This document shows positions 1 through 11,500 of a stretch of DNA of 64,000 nt, one piece after another. The position numbers and the translations under genes were made by a program. Each line of letters begins with the position of its first letter. The first letter of the stretch is position 1. The notes below the pieces were generated by a model that made no database searches, was not told where the DNA came from, and worked only from the letters and a program-made list of their open reading frames with translations. Source of the stretch: Raillietiella orientalis (lineage: Eukaryota); NCBI GenBank assembly GCA_036172245.1, contig JAYWIR010000006.1, positions 1,302,001 through 1,366,000 of the forward strand. Reading direction: 5' to 3'.

Positions 1-2
1 CC

Positions 3-347
3 ACTGCACATTACACTGATAGGGCATGTAAGCACTTGCAAGCAGTGCTTCAGTTCCCAGATGGTGGTTGGCTGGTAGACACTTGTGTTGAGAAGGGTGA
101 TGAAAGACGCCAGCAGGAACTTCAGAGCTTACGCAAGCTTTGTCTGCCGCAAATCTTTTTTTCCCTTGAAAGAGTAGTCATTTCCTCCAGATCGCCTCAT
201 GGAGTCTCATTTTTATTGGAAATACTTATGGATGAAAACCATAAGCTCTATAGCATATTCGAACACCAACATTTGCAAGTATTTTATGCTAATTTGGCCA
301 AATCTATGGTGGAAACCTTCGAAAAAATGCAAAGTATCGTTTTTTAG
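3..347 (+). CDS. NUP107: Nucleoporin Nup107 (Nup84/Nup107 family), 3'-terminal coding exon, 5'-partial
   Basis: Frame is open from position 3 to TAG at 345-347. VLQFPDGGWLVD...RQQELQSLRKLCLPQIFF...ENHKLYSIF aligns by eye with the Nup107 C-terminus (VLLFVDGGWMVD...LRKLCLP...ERHKLYLVF). Confidence 0.85.
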   Translation, partial: TAHYTDRACKHLQAVLQFPDGGWLVDTCVEKGDERRQQELQSLRKLCLPQIFFSLERVVISSRSPHGVSFLLEILMDENHKLYSIFEHQHLQVFYANLAKSMVETFEKMQSIVF

Positions 348-362
348 AATTTTTACGTACAC

Positions 363-368
363 AATAAA
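363..368 (+). promoter_or_regulatory. Candidate polyadenylation signal for Nup107
   Basis: AATAAA 15 nt after the stop codon; AT-rich context makes a chance match possible. Confidence 0.4.
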
Positions 369-1560
369 TCAATTGACATATTTGATGTATTTGAGTGATT
401 TTTGCCCCAGCCAACTACAAGGTGTTTTTTTTTTTTTTTTTGCCAATGCAGAATGTAGATTGCATGACTAATATTGATGTCAAGATGTGTTTTTAAATTA
501 TATTGGCCAGGGAGGTATCACCAGCGAGTAATGTATGTGCATTACAAGGAAAATTTTAATGATTCAGGTTTTTTCACGCTATTTTTACTATGCACCTGCT
601 AGTTGCATGTGGTTCATGGAGCAAGATTTTTTTTTTTTTCCTTTTGCTACCGATTTACAAATGTGGTTTTGCTAGTGTTTGCCTTTCTGATTCGAATCGC
701 GAATTTCTGATGTATTTTAAAATAAGGGAAACCAAACAGCCGCTCTGCGAACAGACTACCATGTGAGCTGCTGTGCATGGCTCCATTGTATTACATTTTG
801 GGGGGAAGGCGCATTCTATGACTAATTCTTAATAGGGAAGGTTCTTGAATTGGGATCGCATGTCTTTGAATGCGGTACACATGCAATGAATGCATGGTAT
901 ACACGGGGGAAGCCAAAGCAGCTTTGAAGTGTTTGAATGTTGGACTGTCGGTCTTCATGGTTTGTGCACGATTTTTGATTTTTTGTCCAAGAGGGCTTTG
1001 AAAATGCATTGTGAAGCTCCTCAGTATTGCAAAAACTGCAAAATCCACAGCTGTCTCATGCATGACAGTCTTGTATGCAGCAGTGCGCGATTTGTACATG
1101 TTCTGTAACTTTGAATGAACTACGACAAAAAAGGAAACGATCATCAGTGAGGCTTTGGAAAATTACGGTGGGGGCAGATGGTACTCTTCAATTCAATCTT
1201 TGGTGGTACCAAGTTCACATTTATTCTTAGTACAAAAAATGCGTCCTATTTTCGAACGGTATGCACTTGGTACGTGAACCCTTTCTTTCTTTCTTTTTTT
1301 TCCCCCTTTTTTCCCGTTACTCAGCGCTTGTATTCTGAAATGGAGCATGAGAAATTAGCCTGTTGAGGCTCGCCTGTTAACTTTAGACTGGAGATTTTAG
1401 AGCCGAATTTGAGAAACATAGATTAGCTTACGTGAAGTTCCCTCTTTTTTTGAAAAAAAAAAAGAAAAAAAAAGAACAAGGAGAATAGGATCTTAATAGA
1501 AAAATAAACGCAATATTGCTTCCGTTTTGGAAGATTTGCTGCTTTCTGGACTTCACAGTA

Positions 1561-1840
1561 ACGAAAAGTGTATTGTCTGTGTTTTGCGAGTGAAGTGCAT
1601 GGGTGTTGTGCCGATCACGTTGCGTTTCCGTTCGCGAAATCGTGGGCGCCGTTCGCTTCGCCAGCAGGCCTAAGGTAGGTGGTGCAAATCATTTTGGGTT
1701 TAAGCAGGTTTATGTAAGTCTTATGTACCTGTAAATAGTTCAGTATTGATTTGCAATTCGGGCTTCATCGGACATGTTGATTTCGAATGAAATCGCGAGT
1801 TTGACGAATGTTGTTTCGATGCTTAATTAAACTCGACGGT
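1561..1840 (+). promoter_or_regulatory. CpG-rich island: probable promoter / non-coding first exon of USP10
   Basis: About 22 CpG in 280 nt (manual count) within otherwise CpG-poor DNA; good donor AAG|GTAGGT at 1674/1675; lies between the Nup107 end and the first recognisable USP10 exon. Confidence 0.5.
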
Positions 1841-2753
1841 AACTATGAGTTGTGCTTAATGAAGTATGGCCCCCTTGGAGCCTGCTGTGTTCAATTCGTA
1901 TTACAATTTGCATGGCATCTGACAAGTCCGTTTTACACATAAAGGCTCTCAATAAATGGCAGTTTGTTTCGTTCCCAAGATTTCGCTGTTTGACTAACTA
2001 TTTATGTACATGATTTCATGTGTTCACATTAGTCAGTAGATGTTAATTAGCGATGTGGGATTACAATGATGTTTTGTGTATACCTATTTTGGGTCTAAGC
2101 TAAAAAAAAAAAAAATACAATACAATACCTGGAAGGAGTAATTGGTATTTCAGGTTTATTTGGCTTAGCAGGGCTTCGGTACCTTATTTTCCACTTTCAC
2201 CACAGTTTCTTTTAAGCTGAAATTCAGTCACATAGTTCGTGTATTTGCGTTCATTTCAGTAGTTCATGTGCACTCTGAGAACTTGTAATAGATTCTGTGC
2301 TTTAAAATTTTAGGTTCTGGTTAGCGTTAGCCAAAAGTTATTTGATGAGAACAACAACAACAACTTATGTACCCGAGTTTGATTGTTTTTTTTTGATATA
2401 AATCGGTATACAGATCCATATACAGATACTGTGATAACATCGGATATTAAAAGTTTTCCATCCTATCAAATGGGTGAAAGAACTTAGTAATGTAAAATTT
2501 GAGGTTAATGTTGCACAGCATAAGCTGGAAACAATATCGAATTTCGCTAAACAGAGTATAAATACGAAAGTTTGCTTTTCCTTAATTTCAGCATGTGTGT
2601 GTGTGTGTGTGTTTACAACATGTGACTTGTCAATCGCATTTGTTAGTAAAACGAGAAATCATGAGACCACTCGAGAGTAGAAACAATGAGCATCATGCCT
2701 GAAACGCTCTGTTTCAGTTGGTATTAAATTCTCAAGTCAATTCTAAAGTCTAG

Positions 2754-2777
2754 CATCAACTACAGTAGCAACACACA
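2754..2777 (+). repeat. 24-nt exact copy of USP10 exon sequence 3486-3509
   Basis: CATCAACTACAGTAGCAACACACA occurs at both 2754-2777 and 3486-3509. Confidence 0.9.
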
Positions 2778-3304
2778 ATGTTCATATTTGAAGTTAAACA
2801 AGACATGCCTTGAATCAGGCAGTTAGCTAGTTTAAAATTTGTTTTTACTAATGTTTGTTTTTCATTAATCACATTAGCTGTTAGCAAAGTGCTATTTGTG
2901 CAGCAATGCTAATGAAGTTTTTGTGGTAAAGGCTGCACAATCTTCAAGTAGCTATTGTCTGCATTTTCATGCAAACTTCAATGGGACTGCATTTGAATTC
3001 TTTTGTCTGTAGATTTGTACATTCAAATATGCATATGCATGATATCTTTTATTTGTTCATAATATGTAAATCACACTCATTGCAAATATTGAATAATAAT
3101 TATTGAAGTGGTATATAAACATCAGCCATTTAGAGTTGATTTCATTTATTTTAGTGAAACTGCAAAAAATGGAATAGCTCATACAAACTTTTAATTTTAT
3201 CTCACCAGTTCAGGATACTGTCCTTAAATCAACCAAGTAAAACTTGACTACTTGAATGGTAAAACGTTCTTGGTGAATTCATTGTTTTCAACCTGGTTTT
3301 GTAG

Positions 3305-3601
3305 GATGTTAGTTTCTTGAATTTGGATCCAAATAATCAAGAAGAATACCAGTTACTTAGTGCTCTTATTCAGACAACACATGTGGATCTTCCTTGGCCG
3401 GTTGATCCTATTTTTACATCCAACAGCTTCCACAAATCCGATATCAATGCTCCTGTTACAGAAACAAACAGAGATGCTTTAATACCATCAACTACAGTAG
3501 CAACACACATTACAGATGCCTGTGAGAATCATTCCATCACATCTGTGTCACAGATCACACCTTTGGAAAACCATATATCAGCCAATTCATCTGAGTTATT
3601 G
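3305..3601 (+). CDS. USP10: USP10 exon (N-terminal region, DVSFLNLD...VDLPW)
   Basis: Acceptor tttgtag|GAT, donor TTG|gtaaag (an alternative in-frame GT exists at 3611); followed by a 45-nt phase-0 intron 3602-3646. Confidence 0.75.
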
Positions 3602-6600
3602 GTAAAGTTAGTAAATTATTTAATTTGAAATCTTTTGTTTTAATAGGAATGTAAAGAAGACAACCATGATTTGTCAGTAGCTCATCCTATTGTAAATTCT
3701 TCAACTGATGCATGTACTTTAACTGTGCAACAGAGTGAATATATTAAAGTCTCTGAATGCAGCAAGTTTGGGCAGAAAATTAAAAAGTCAGAAGAATTAG
3801 TTAATGATGTTGCTTCAGGTTCCGCAGAACTTACTTGCACTGCTGTAGCTCATCCTCCTACAGTGTTTATTCCTTATATGCCTGTTGCTCAGTTTCATTC
3901 TAATTCTGTAGAGTATCTTACTCATGCCACAACAGGGACCCCTATTTATATGCTTAACGGAACTCTGCCTGCTAGTTTCCCTATAGTTAGCCATGCAGTG
4001 TATCCAGGAAATATATTTCATGCTCCTATAAAGTTAGCACCAGCAACTGCAATGGCTTTATACAGTGGTTCGGCCATAACTTCTGAAACTCAGTCTATCA
4101 TTGCTCCACCTCTAAATTCCATGCCTTCATCTGCTAATCTTCAACCACTGTTTAATGCACCTTCATCATCTGTAGAAAGTAAAGCAGGAAAGCAAACTTC
4201 TGAAGAAGCTGAATTATCTTCAGGAGCATTTCTTGTTTCATCTGAAGAAATGCCTACTTCTGAATTATTGACTACTACTACCACACCAGATTTAAATTTT
4301 CCCAAATCTGAATGTGTGGATGTAAAGCCTAAATCATGGGCTAGCCTTTTCCATGATAATCAAAGCTCTAAGCCTGTAGCTTTAGTTTCACCAGTGACGG
4401 CAGTTGGAGTGATTAAGCAGGAATATGATGATGCCACTTCTGATAAGCAGCAACTCATATTGAAAGGTTTCTTAAGGGACTTTTGATAATCGACATGGTT
4501 AGAACAAAGATTGCAGATCTTTTGGAGAATATCAAATTGGACCATAAATTGGTTTCCTATGTTCCTCGTGGTTTGGTGAATCGTGCCAATTGGTGCTATG
4601 TTAATGCAATTCTTCAAGCTCTTTTAGCTTGTCCACCATTTCATAATTTTCTAAGAAGCATCAGTTCAGTTTTGAACACTCCATCCAGAAAGTGTTCTTC
4701 CAGTGTGCCTCTCTTTGACAGTTTGTATGTATAGCCACCATAAATGCTGAATAGTAATATGTTCCAAAGAGCTGAATTTGTAGGTGAATTCTATCTCATG
4801 ACTCCAGTTTCCAAGGATAAACGCAGAGAGAAGGTATTAAAAGGAGGAGAGGTGTTACATGCCAGTCCACTTGAACCAGTTTACATTTATCGGATTCTTT
4901 CCCAAATACAGTGTGATGCCTTCAAAGTAGAAGGCTGTCAAGAAGATGCAGAAGAATTTTTGAGTGGTTTATTAAATGGGTTACATGATGAAGCATTAAG
5001 TCTTTTGAAAAATGCTTCTAGTATCACTAAGAAGGATCAGTTGAGTCATGATGAGGAACCAAGTGATGAAACTGATTGGTTGCAAGTACAAGGTCATCGC
5101 AAAAAAGGCTGCATTACTCGTGTCACCAAAGTGTTGCATTCGCCGGTTGCAGAGATATTTCGAGGGCAAACTCGTTCTATTGTGCAACCCAGTGAAGGTC
5201 CTCCTCGCCATATGCTGCAACCATTCTTTACATTGCAGCTTGACATTCAGGTTTGTTATGTTTTTTCCTGAATCAGAAAGACAAAAGTGATACTTGTTTT
5301 CAGTGTGTTTGAAATTGCTTGAGAATAGTTTTCTCTCTCTCTCTTTCTCTTTTGTGATATGTTTTTGTAATGCCGATTTTAGAAAATATTTTAAACTGAA
5401 GCTACATAAAAGTGCAACAGAAAAAATTGATTCATATTTGGATTGTAGTGAATGACCTGTTTTTAGTAATGTATCCAGGAATTGAATTTTTATTTGAAGT
5501 CTGCTTCAGAAGATTTGTTTGTTTTGAGGACCAATGAGGAAATTCACATGTTAATGATCCCAAACAAACGTGTGCATGCGATAAGTGGGTAAAATACTGT
5601 TGTGAATGGAGGAGAAAAATTGCACGATTCATTGATTGTGGTTAAAAAAAAAAAAAAAGAAAAAAAAGTCTGAAGAATCAAAACGGAAATTGACAAATTC
5701 AAAATTCAAAAAAAATGTTCCCACTTCAGCAGATGTTGAAAAACATGTAAATTATAAATAAGTAGCAGCACATGATTGAATAGCTGATTGGAAACAGAGC
5801 ACAGAACACAATAGGTGAACATGCTTTCAAAATGGTACGACTCGTGGTTTCAAGTTAAACAATCTTTGTGTACTCTGGACATGACATTACCGAATAAGAA
5901 AGAAGGGATATCTATCTTGAAGATGCATTTGTATGTGCTACCAAGAAGTGGTGTGCTGAAGGTTTAATTACAAATTTATTATGTTCTCTGTGGGTTTGGA
6001 TAAGTTATACTACTTAATAACTAAGCTTGCATGCTGCTACAAGAAATTACAAGAGTTCGGCATTTTAGAATTATTCCCACGCGGAAGTTGAATTCAATGC
6101 TGTTTAATTTTTCCCAAAACGAAAATTCGGCAAGTAGTGGTTTAGTGAACAAAAAAAATCCTAAGGAATCCTGTCCGAGATTGCTTTGCACTGTGGTACT
6201 ATTCGTTGACAGCATCAATTAAGTGGAAAATTTTAAATTGTTTCTTGTACATAATGTTTGTATAGGATATGCATTTGGCATTAGGGGTGGTAACCTACAA
6301 GTGGATCTTAGTATGAAGCATGTAATGTTACGTGGGCTCAACTTGCCACAATTTTGTAGCGTTCCTAACTCGGAAATTTCGGAACTGTGTGAACTGAAAT
6401 TGTGATGACATCCACAAACACTATAACCAAGTGAAGAAGGGATATGGAATAAAGAATACATAGTGAAGGTCGTTTTTATCTGTTGTATCCGAATTAAGTA
6501 TAAAGGACGGTTAATTTCGCTTCACCAAGAAAATGCTGTGAATGCAAAAGGTACTTGTCAATGTGACAAGTGCTGGGAGTGAAAAAGGTGAACGTTTTAT

Positions 6601-7499
6601 CACATTGAATTCGAGAATTCATTTCAAATCCCCCAAGTCCAAAAGTGGGATTATAAAAAGTGAGTGGATTATACTTGCGAATTCAGTACTCATGTTTGAA
6701 GGATGCAGGGAATTTGTTTCTTTGCCGAATTCGATGGGCATGTTTTCTGAAGCAGGTTTTCTGCAGAATATTGTGATAGGTAATGCGTGTGCATATCATA
6801 CTTTGCATGGAATTGAGAAATTCTCTTTGGTGTTTGAAGTGTTTTTTATTAGCAGAACTTCAAACAGTGCAGTTCGGGGCATCCTTTAATTGCTTGTTCT
6901 TTTTTTTTTTTAATTTTTTTTTTCTCTTCTCTCCCCCAAGAATGATAAAGTCACTCACGTCCGCCATGCTTTGGAACAGCTCATGGCACGAGAAGTACTT
7001 CAAGGCATCGTTGACGCACATACTAAACAGGAAGTTCGTGCTGTTCGTCAGCTTCAGTTGGAAGAACTTCCCCCTGTTCTAGTTTTGCATATAAAAAGAT
7101 TTTTTTATGAGAAATTTAATGGTTGTCACAAACTCACGAAGAGCATCAATTTCGACGTAGATCTGGAAATCAGCAAAGGTAACTGAATGTTTGTGTGATT
7201 TGTGCCATGAAGTAATCATTTCTGCAGAGTTCCTCTCTCAAAACAGTCGCAGTCGTTTTCCCCAGCGTTCATGTCGGCAGTATAAATTATTTGCAGTAGT
7301 TTCTCACGAAGGCAGAGATGCCAACAAAGGACACTATGTTGCTGACGTGTACCATGCTGGTTATGGTGCATGGATACACTTTGATGACAGCAGTGTATGC
7401 CTTGTTAATGAAGCTCAGGTTCTCCAGCATGGGACCACTTCATCACCTTATATTCTCTTCTATCGGCGTGGAGATACACTTTCTTTTATGCATAAATAG
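3305..7499 (+). CDS. USP10: Ubiquitin carboxyl-terminal hydrolase 10 (USP10, peptidase C19), spliced; exons 3305-3601, 3647-4466, 4517-4724, 4770-5250, 6941-7178, 7228-7499; start exon not located
   Basis: Cys box PRGLVNRANWCYVNAILQAL, QEDAEEFL, QPFFTLQLDIQ, LPPVLVLHIKRF, His box YKLFAVVSHEG...GHYVADV...WIHFDD...YILFYRR, and the USP10-type KSWASLF motif. All five introns are GT-AG and keep the frame. Confidence 0.93.
3647..4466 (+). CDS. USP10: USP10 exon (low-complexity N-terminal region with KSWASLF)
   Basis: Acceptor taatag|GAA, donor AAAG|gtttct; 50-nt phase-1 intron 4467-4516 joins to the next exon as L-K-D-L-L. Confidence 0.85.
4517..4724 (+). CDS. USP10: USP10 exon with catalytic Cys box
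   Basis: ttgcag|AT...TT|gtatgt; encodes RGLVNRANWCYVNAILQALL; 45-nt intron 4725-4769. Confidence 0.9.
4770..5250 (+). CDS. USP10: USP10 exon (QEDAEEFL ... LQLDIQ)
   Basis: ccaaag|A GCT GAA ... ATT CAG|gtttgt; conserved USP QQD-type box. Confidence 0.9.
6031..6889 (+). mobile_element. Possible highly decayed pogo/Tigger-like (DDE_1) transposase remnant inside the long USP10 intron
   Basis: Motif-like fragments in the expected order: NENSASSGLV (cf. FKASxGW), KVLVNVTSAGSEK (cf. TVLxCxNAxGSEK), SKSGIIKSE (cf. SKSGWMTSE), NIVIGNACAYH (cf. LLxxDNAxAH). No intact ORF and no terminal inverted repeats seen. Confidence 0.3.
6941..7178 (+). CDS. USP10: USP10 exon (NDKVTHVRHALEQLMARE ... DLEISK)
   Basis: Long polypyrimidine tract then ccaag|AAT; donor AAAG|gtaact; continues LDIQ|NDKV as in USP10 orthologues; 49-nt intron 7179-7227. 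Confidence 0.9.
7228..7499 (+). CDS. USP10: USP10 last exon with His box
   Basis: tctgcag|AG TTC; GHY and FDD catalytic motifs; stop TAG 7497-7499. Confidence 0.92.
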
Positions 7500-7550
7500 T
7501 TCGATAATGAAGTAAAAAAATAGCAGTGGATGTGCGAGAATTACATACCT

Positions 7551-7556
7551 AATAAA
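7551..7556 (+). promoter_or_regulatory. Candidate polyadenylation signal for USP10
   Basis: AATAAA about 50 nt after the stop, followed by a GT-rich stretch (gttgtttgg). Confidence 0.55.
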
Positions 7557-8505
7557 TTCTGGAAAATCGCAGTTGTTTGGTAGACCTGTTAAGGAATAAC
7601 ACAAACGGTTACTCATCCGTTATCTGTTGCATTTCCACTTTGATGAAAGTGTGGGTGGAGGGTAGTTAGGCTGTGTAGTTTCAGTACTCGAATGAGAAAG
7701 GAGAAGGTGTCCAATGCTGTGGGTGGCAATCCATCCTCGGGGATGCCCCGAGGCATTCTGGAAAACGAGTGCCTTTGGTAAGACCCAATTCTAATCCCTG
7801 TCGCTGTTTTCAAGTCCATCTCGCCCCGTTCTGAGGTTGCTGCCCCAACCCTGTCGATGGCTGCTCGTGATGGTGACCACGGTGTGGGAGTTTTCTGCAG
7901 ACCTCGGGAAAAGGACTCGCCTGAGCCTGCAGTTGGCTCGACGGTTTCGGGAAGGTAAGCGATGCTGCTGCTTAAGCAGTCGTATTTGAGTTTGTTGGGA
8001 TTCCACATTTCGAAATCCAAAAGTGGTGGTTGCTGAAATGTTGGAACGGCCATGGATAGTCAAGGCTGTGGAACTCATTTCCACGTTGCCTGTTACTCCC
8101 ATGGTAAATCGTTGCATTCGTCATCGCCACTTTTCACATGTGTGCATGCGAAGAGTCCAGTATGACGCAACATTGCATGCAGAGTGCCACTTCTGGTGGT
8201 CACGTGCCGCGGGTGGCATTCTATCAGGTGGTTTCTCGTTTCAGGGCGCCGGTCGGGATGTGGTGGTCAGGAACCAGGTTGCTCGCCGGGGACTGGACGG
8301 TATCGAAAAGTGATCTTGTCGGTTGGCCCCAGGTATACGCTTTCCAGGCGGTCGGGTAGAATACGTGAATGACTTTGCCATTTTCGCCCTGTGCGAAATA
8401 AGTGTAAGAGTTCGACAGCGATGGACAGTGTCCCCGGCATCACCGCACAGCGCAGCACATGTGCCGTTTGGAAACTGGAGGAAGTTTGTACGTGTTTGCG
8501 AGAGA

Positions 8506-8525
8506 GGGGAGGGGTGGGGTGGGGG
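8506..8525 (+). other. Four-tier G-quadruplex motif
   Basis: GGGG-A-GGGG-T-GGGG-T-GGGGG: four runs of at least 4 G with 1-nt loops. Confidence 0.6.
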
Positions 8526-11500
8526 AAACGTACATCTTGGGAAGCAAAAACGATCCGTTCCGAAATTTGCACTTTCCCTTGTAGGTCTCTTTTCCTTTCT
8601 TTCTTTCTTTCTTTCTTTCTTTTTTTTTTTTTTTTCATTTTCCTTTTTTTACATCAAACAGCCAGATGGGACGCATGGATGCTCAGCAAAAAGAGCCCAA
8701 CAGGTAAAAGAGGGATACCAGATGTAACGCGCTGGAAAAAGGTATTTACGCACTGATTGGCCGGGATCTTTTGGAAATAAAGTGATGGTTCAGAGTGTAG
8801 AAAAGCGGTGTCGTCTTCCGGGGTTAAGGGTTTGATTTCACTGCACGATGTGCCTTCAATGTAATGCGAGCCCCCAGGCGATCGAGGCCTTTTTTTTCGC
8901 GGAACGGATAAAGTGCTATTTGCAACGCCGGTTATGAGACAGCCAGTGTCAGCTGATTGTCCTGTTATTCGCTGCTTGCTGTTCTCCTCTCCTCCCCCTT
9001 TCCCCCTGCTTGGCATCCCATGTAGCCTCCGCCGTGTCTGGTTGCAGGGAATAGTAACTTCTCTTGGATTTCGCGCGCCCTTCAGTTTCCGGAACGCACG
9101 CGTTGCCGAGTCCCCGGGTGCGGGGACCGAGGTCTTCTTCTGAAGAGCTGAAACCTCCGCGTCTTCGGAGCAACTCCGAAAGTCCCTGCCCCACGGGGCT
9201 CGCCGAAACGTGCTCGTTCGCAAATAACTTATCGTGTTTGCTGGTTGCGTGTCCTCCCACCTCTGCCCACGGCTTTGCCCCGCTGGGAAACGGGGACTCG
9301 CCTGCCATGTTGGGAAAAGTCCTCGAGGCCTGCTGGTTATTGAACACCGCAATAATTTCTTCGTCGTTTCTAAATCCTCGCTACGGATGGCGTTCGACCG
9401 TTAACTCGAGGCAGATGGACGCGTTGTTGGATCGGACTCCGATGCATTGGTCGGAGCGGTGGAGGAGCCCGGCGCCTGTCCGGCGGCCGCAAACTGCTTG
9501 TCGTCCTTGCAAGAAGTGCGTGTCCTGCCGTTTTCTTCTTCGGCGGGCTTGGTCGCCGCAGCAGTGGCAGTTGCGAGAGAAATCCGTCCTCGGGAGGTAA
9601 CGCCGAGGGTGGGCTGGCGGTGTTTCCGTTTCCGATTTTTCCTGCTTCTCCCTGCTGCTTCCAAGTTGCTTCCATCGACGGCGTAAGGCCCCCCTTGTGT
9701 TCACTTCCCCCCCCCCCCGGTGGCACGGGGAGTGTTTCCTGCCTCGGCGGTAGCCACACTCCTCCCGGTCTTCGGCGGCGGTCCGAATCGTGGCACCGGG
9801 AGGGACACTCCGCAGGGCACAGCACCGCAGGGCGGAGTGCCCCCATTCAGGGCGTGTGCATCCGGTTCCGGCGTCTTGGGGAGGGAAGGTTGCGCCCGCC
9901 GTGTTGCCGTTGCCTCGGCGACGGCTGTGCTTCGCGCGTGGAGGAATGGCGAAAGCGCTCGTTGGAATCGAACGTACCGAATGAAGATCTGTGCCGAGTA
10001 CCACCTCCGAGTAATTCGTGGTTCTCGGTAGTAAATTTTAGCATTCGCAAATCCATGAAAACATGGCAACTCATTTACTTGCAGTGCTGCAGGCGCACGG
10101 AGTGAAAACATCCTGGATCGGGATTATGGTCAGGAAGTCGAGGGCTTAAGCCAAAATCTCCGGTGTTTATTTCCGAAATCGACAGGAAGGCGTGCGGACG
10201 GCGTGGATTTGGGTTAATACGTTGGCTTGGCTCACCGTCTCGGTTGCATGCTGTGGCTCGCTTCGCGGCAGAAGCGTTCCACCGGTTTCTGGGATCGGCG
10301 GCGGCCAAAACGGAAGTGCTTGAAGTGGTTGCTGTGGGTGGAGAGTCCCGTGGACGGCGTTTGGTGGATGAGAAACGGACCGGGCAGAAGCAGCAAACTC
10401 TACACAGACTGGCTTTCCGTTGCGAGGGTGTGTGGCAGAAGACATCCCGGCTACCACAGATCACCACGGAGTCATCTCCATGGCGCCGTGTTGTATCTAT
10501 CCCTCGCCTGAACGGTCCTGTCTAACCGTGCTGGCGCAGCTGCTGGCTGTACATATTTCGAGTGTATTCGAGGCAGCGATCGCAGCATCGGTTCTTTTGG
10601 TCTCCATCTCTGCTGTTGAACACGAGAAGGATAAGGAGAAGAGGAAAAGTAACTCCCCAATAATATGGCGCAGGTGCACAGGAGGCACTCGGGACTCCGA
10701 AGCTCCTCCGATGCATTAACTCAGAAAGTGTTGGTTTTTCTTAATGCCAAATAAAATCCAGTAGTTGGCGATGTTCGAAGTGAACTCATGGAACAACGTG
10801 CGTGTCTCAACAGCGTCAAAGCTTTGATTGTTCCGTAGGACGAGTATACACTGACGTCCAGAAGTTCCTTTGCTAGTTTTCAGGGGGTGGGCTTCCGCAG
10901 CCTGGTCCTTGAGAAGACGTGAAATCAGTTCTTAGCGCACCGACCGCTAAACTCTGTTGATTTCAGTGTGGCAAGGCGTTCGATGTCAACTTGCCCTTTG
11001 GCTACATGGCCTCTTCAAGAATGAGGCCGAGGTACCCGTAATAGGTACTTCGAGAATTACACGTAATGCTTGGAAACTTTTCTGAATGGAACGAATCGTG
11101 AAACCATTCTCTCCGGCGGTAATTGGCCAGTTAAATACAACGCCCAAGAAGTTTACAAGGAGAGAAAAAGCCGAACACCAAGCGAAAAGTTCGTGAAAGA
11201 AATGCACTCCGTGCCAAAGCCCAAGGTGTTCATCAGCTGTTTTGGTTCCCTTGATTGCGTACGTTCACACCCGTGTGTACGAAAACATTGTGAATTCGAA
11301 TTTATGTACTTTGCATCAGTTCAGCTCGTTTCTTTTTTTTTTCTTTTTTTCTTTTTTTTTTACAGAATGCCACTGTTGTATTGTTACTGATGTAGGGGGC
11401 AACTTCCTTGGTACACTTGGTACACTTTTTTCGCGTGGTTCCATCTACTATACCGAACAAAGCTGAGAAGCATGAGCAGATGAGTGACTGTGAAGCGTTG

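Noticed and set aside
730..1230. Cys-rich ORF fragments between Nup107 and USP10 (zinc finger or hAT remnant?)
   Set aside because: Interrupted by stops, with no convincing motif spacing.
3646..3659. 14-nt match to miR-1 (GGAATGTAAAGAAG)
   Set aside because: Straddles a USP10 splice acceptor and coding sequence; no precursor hairpin; 3' end differs.
5314..5327. 14-nt match to miR-137 (ATTGCTTGAGAATA)
   Set aside because: Seed mismatch and only a ~10-bp, G-U-rich stem.
5961..5971. GGTTTAATTAC resembling nematode SL1
   Set aside because: Only 11 of 22 nt; no donor site or Sm site follows.
8373..8389. Minus-strand RAKMAK after an acceptor-like site, resembling a homeodomain helix-3 tail
   Set aside because: No upstream WFxN-encoding exon found anywhere in the window.
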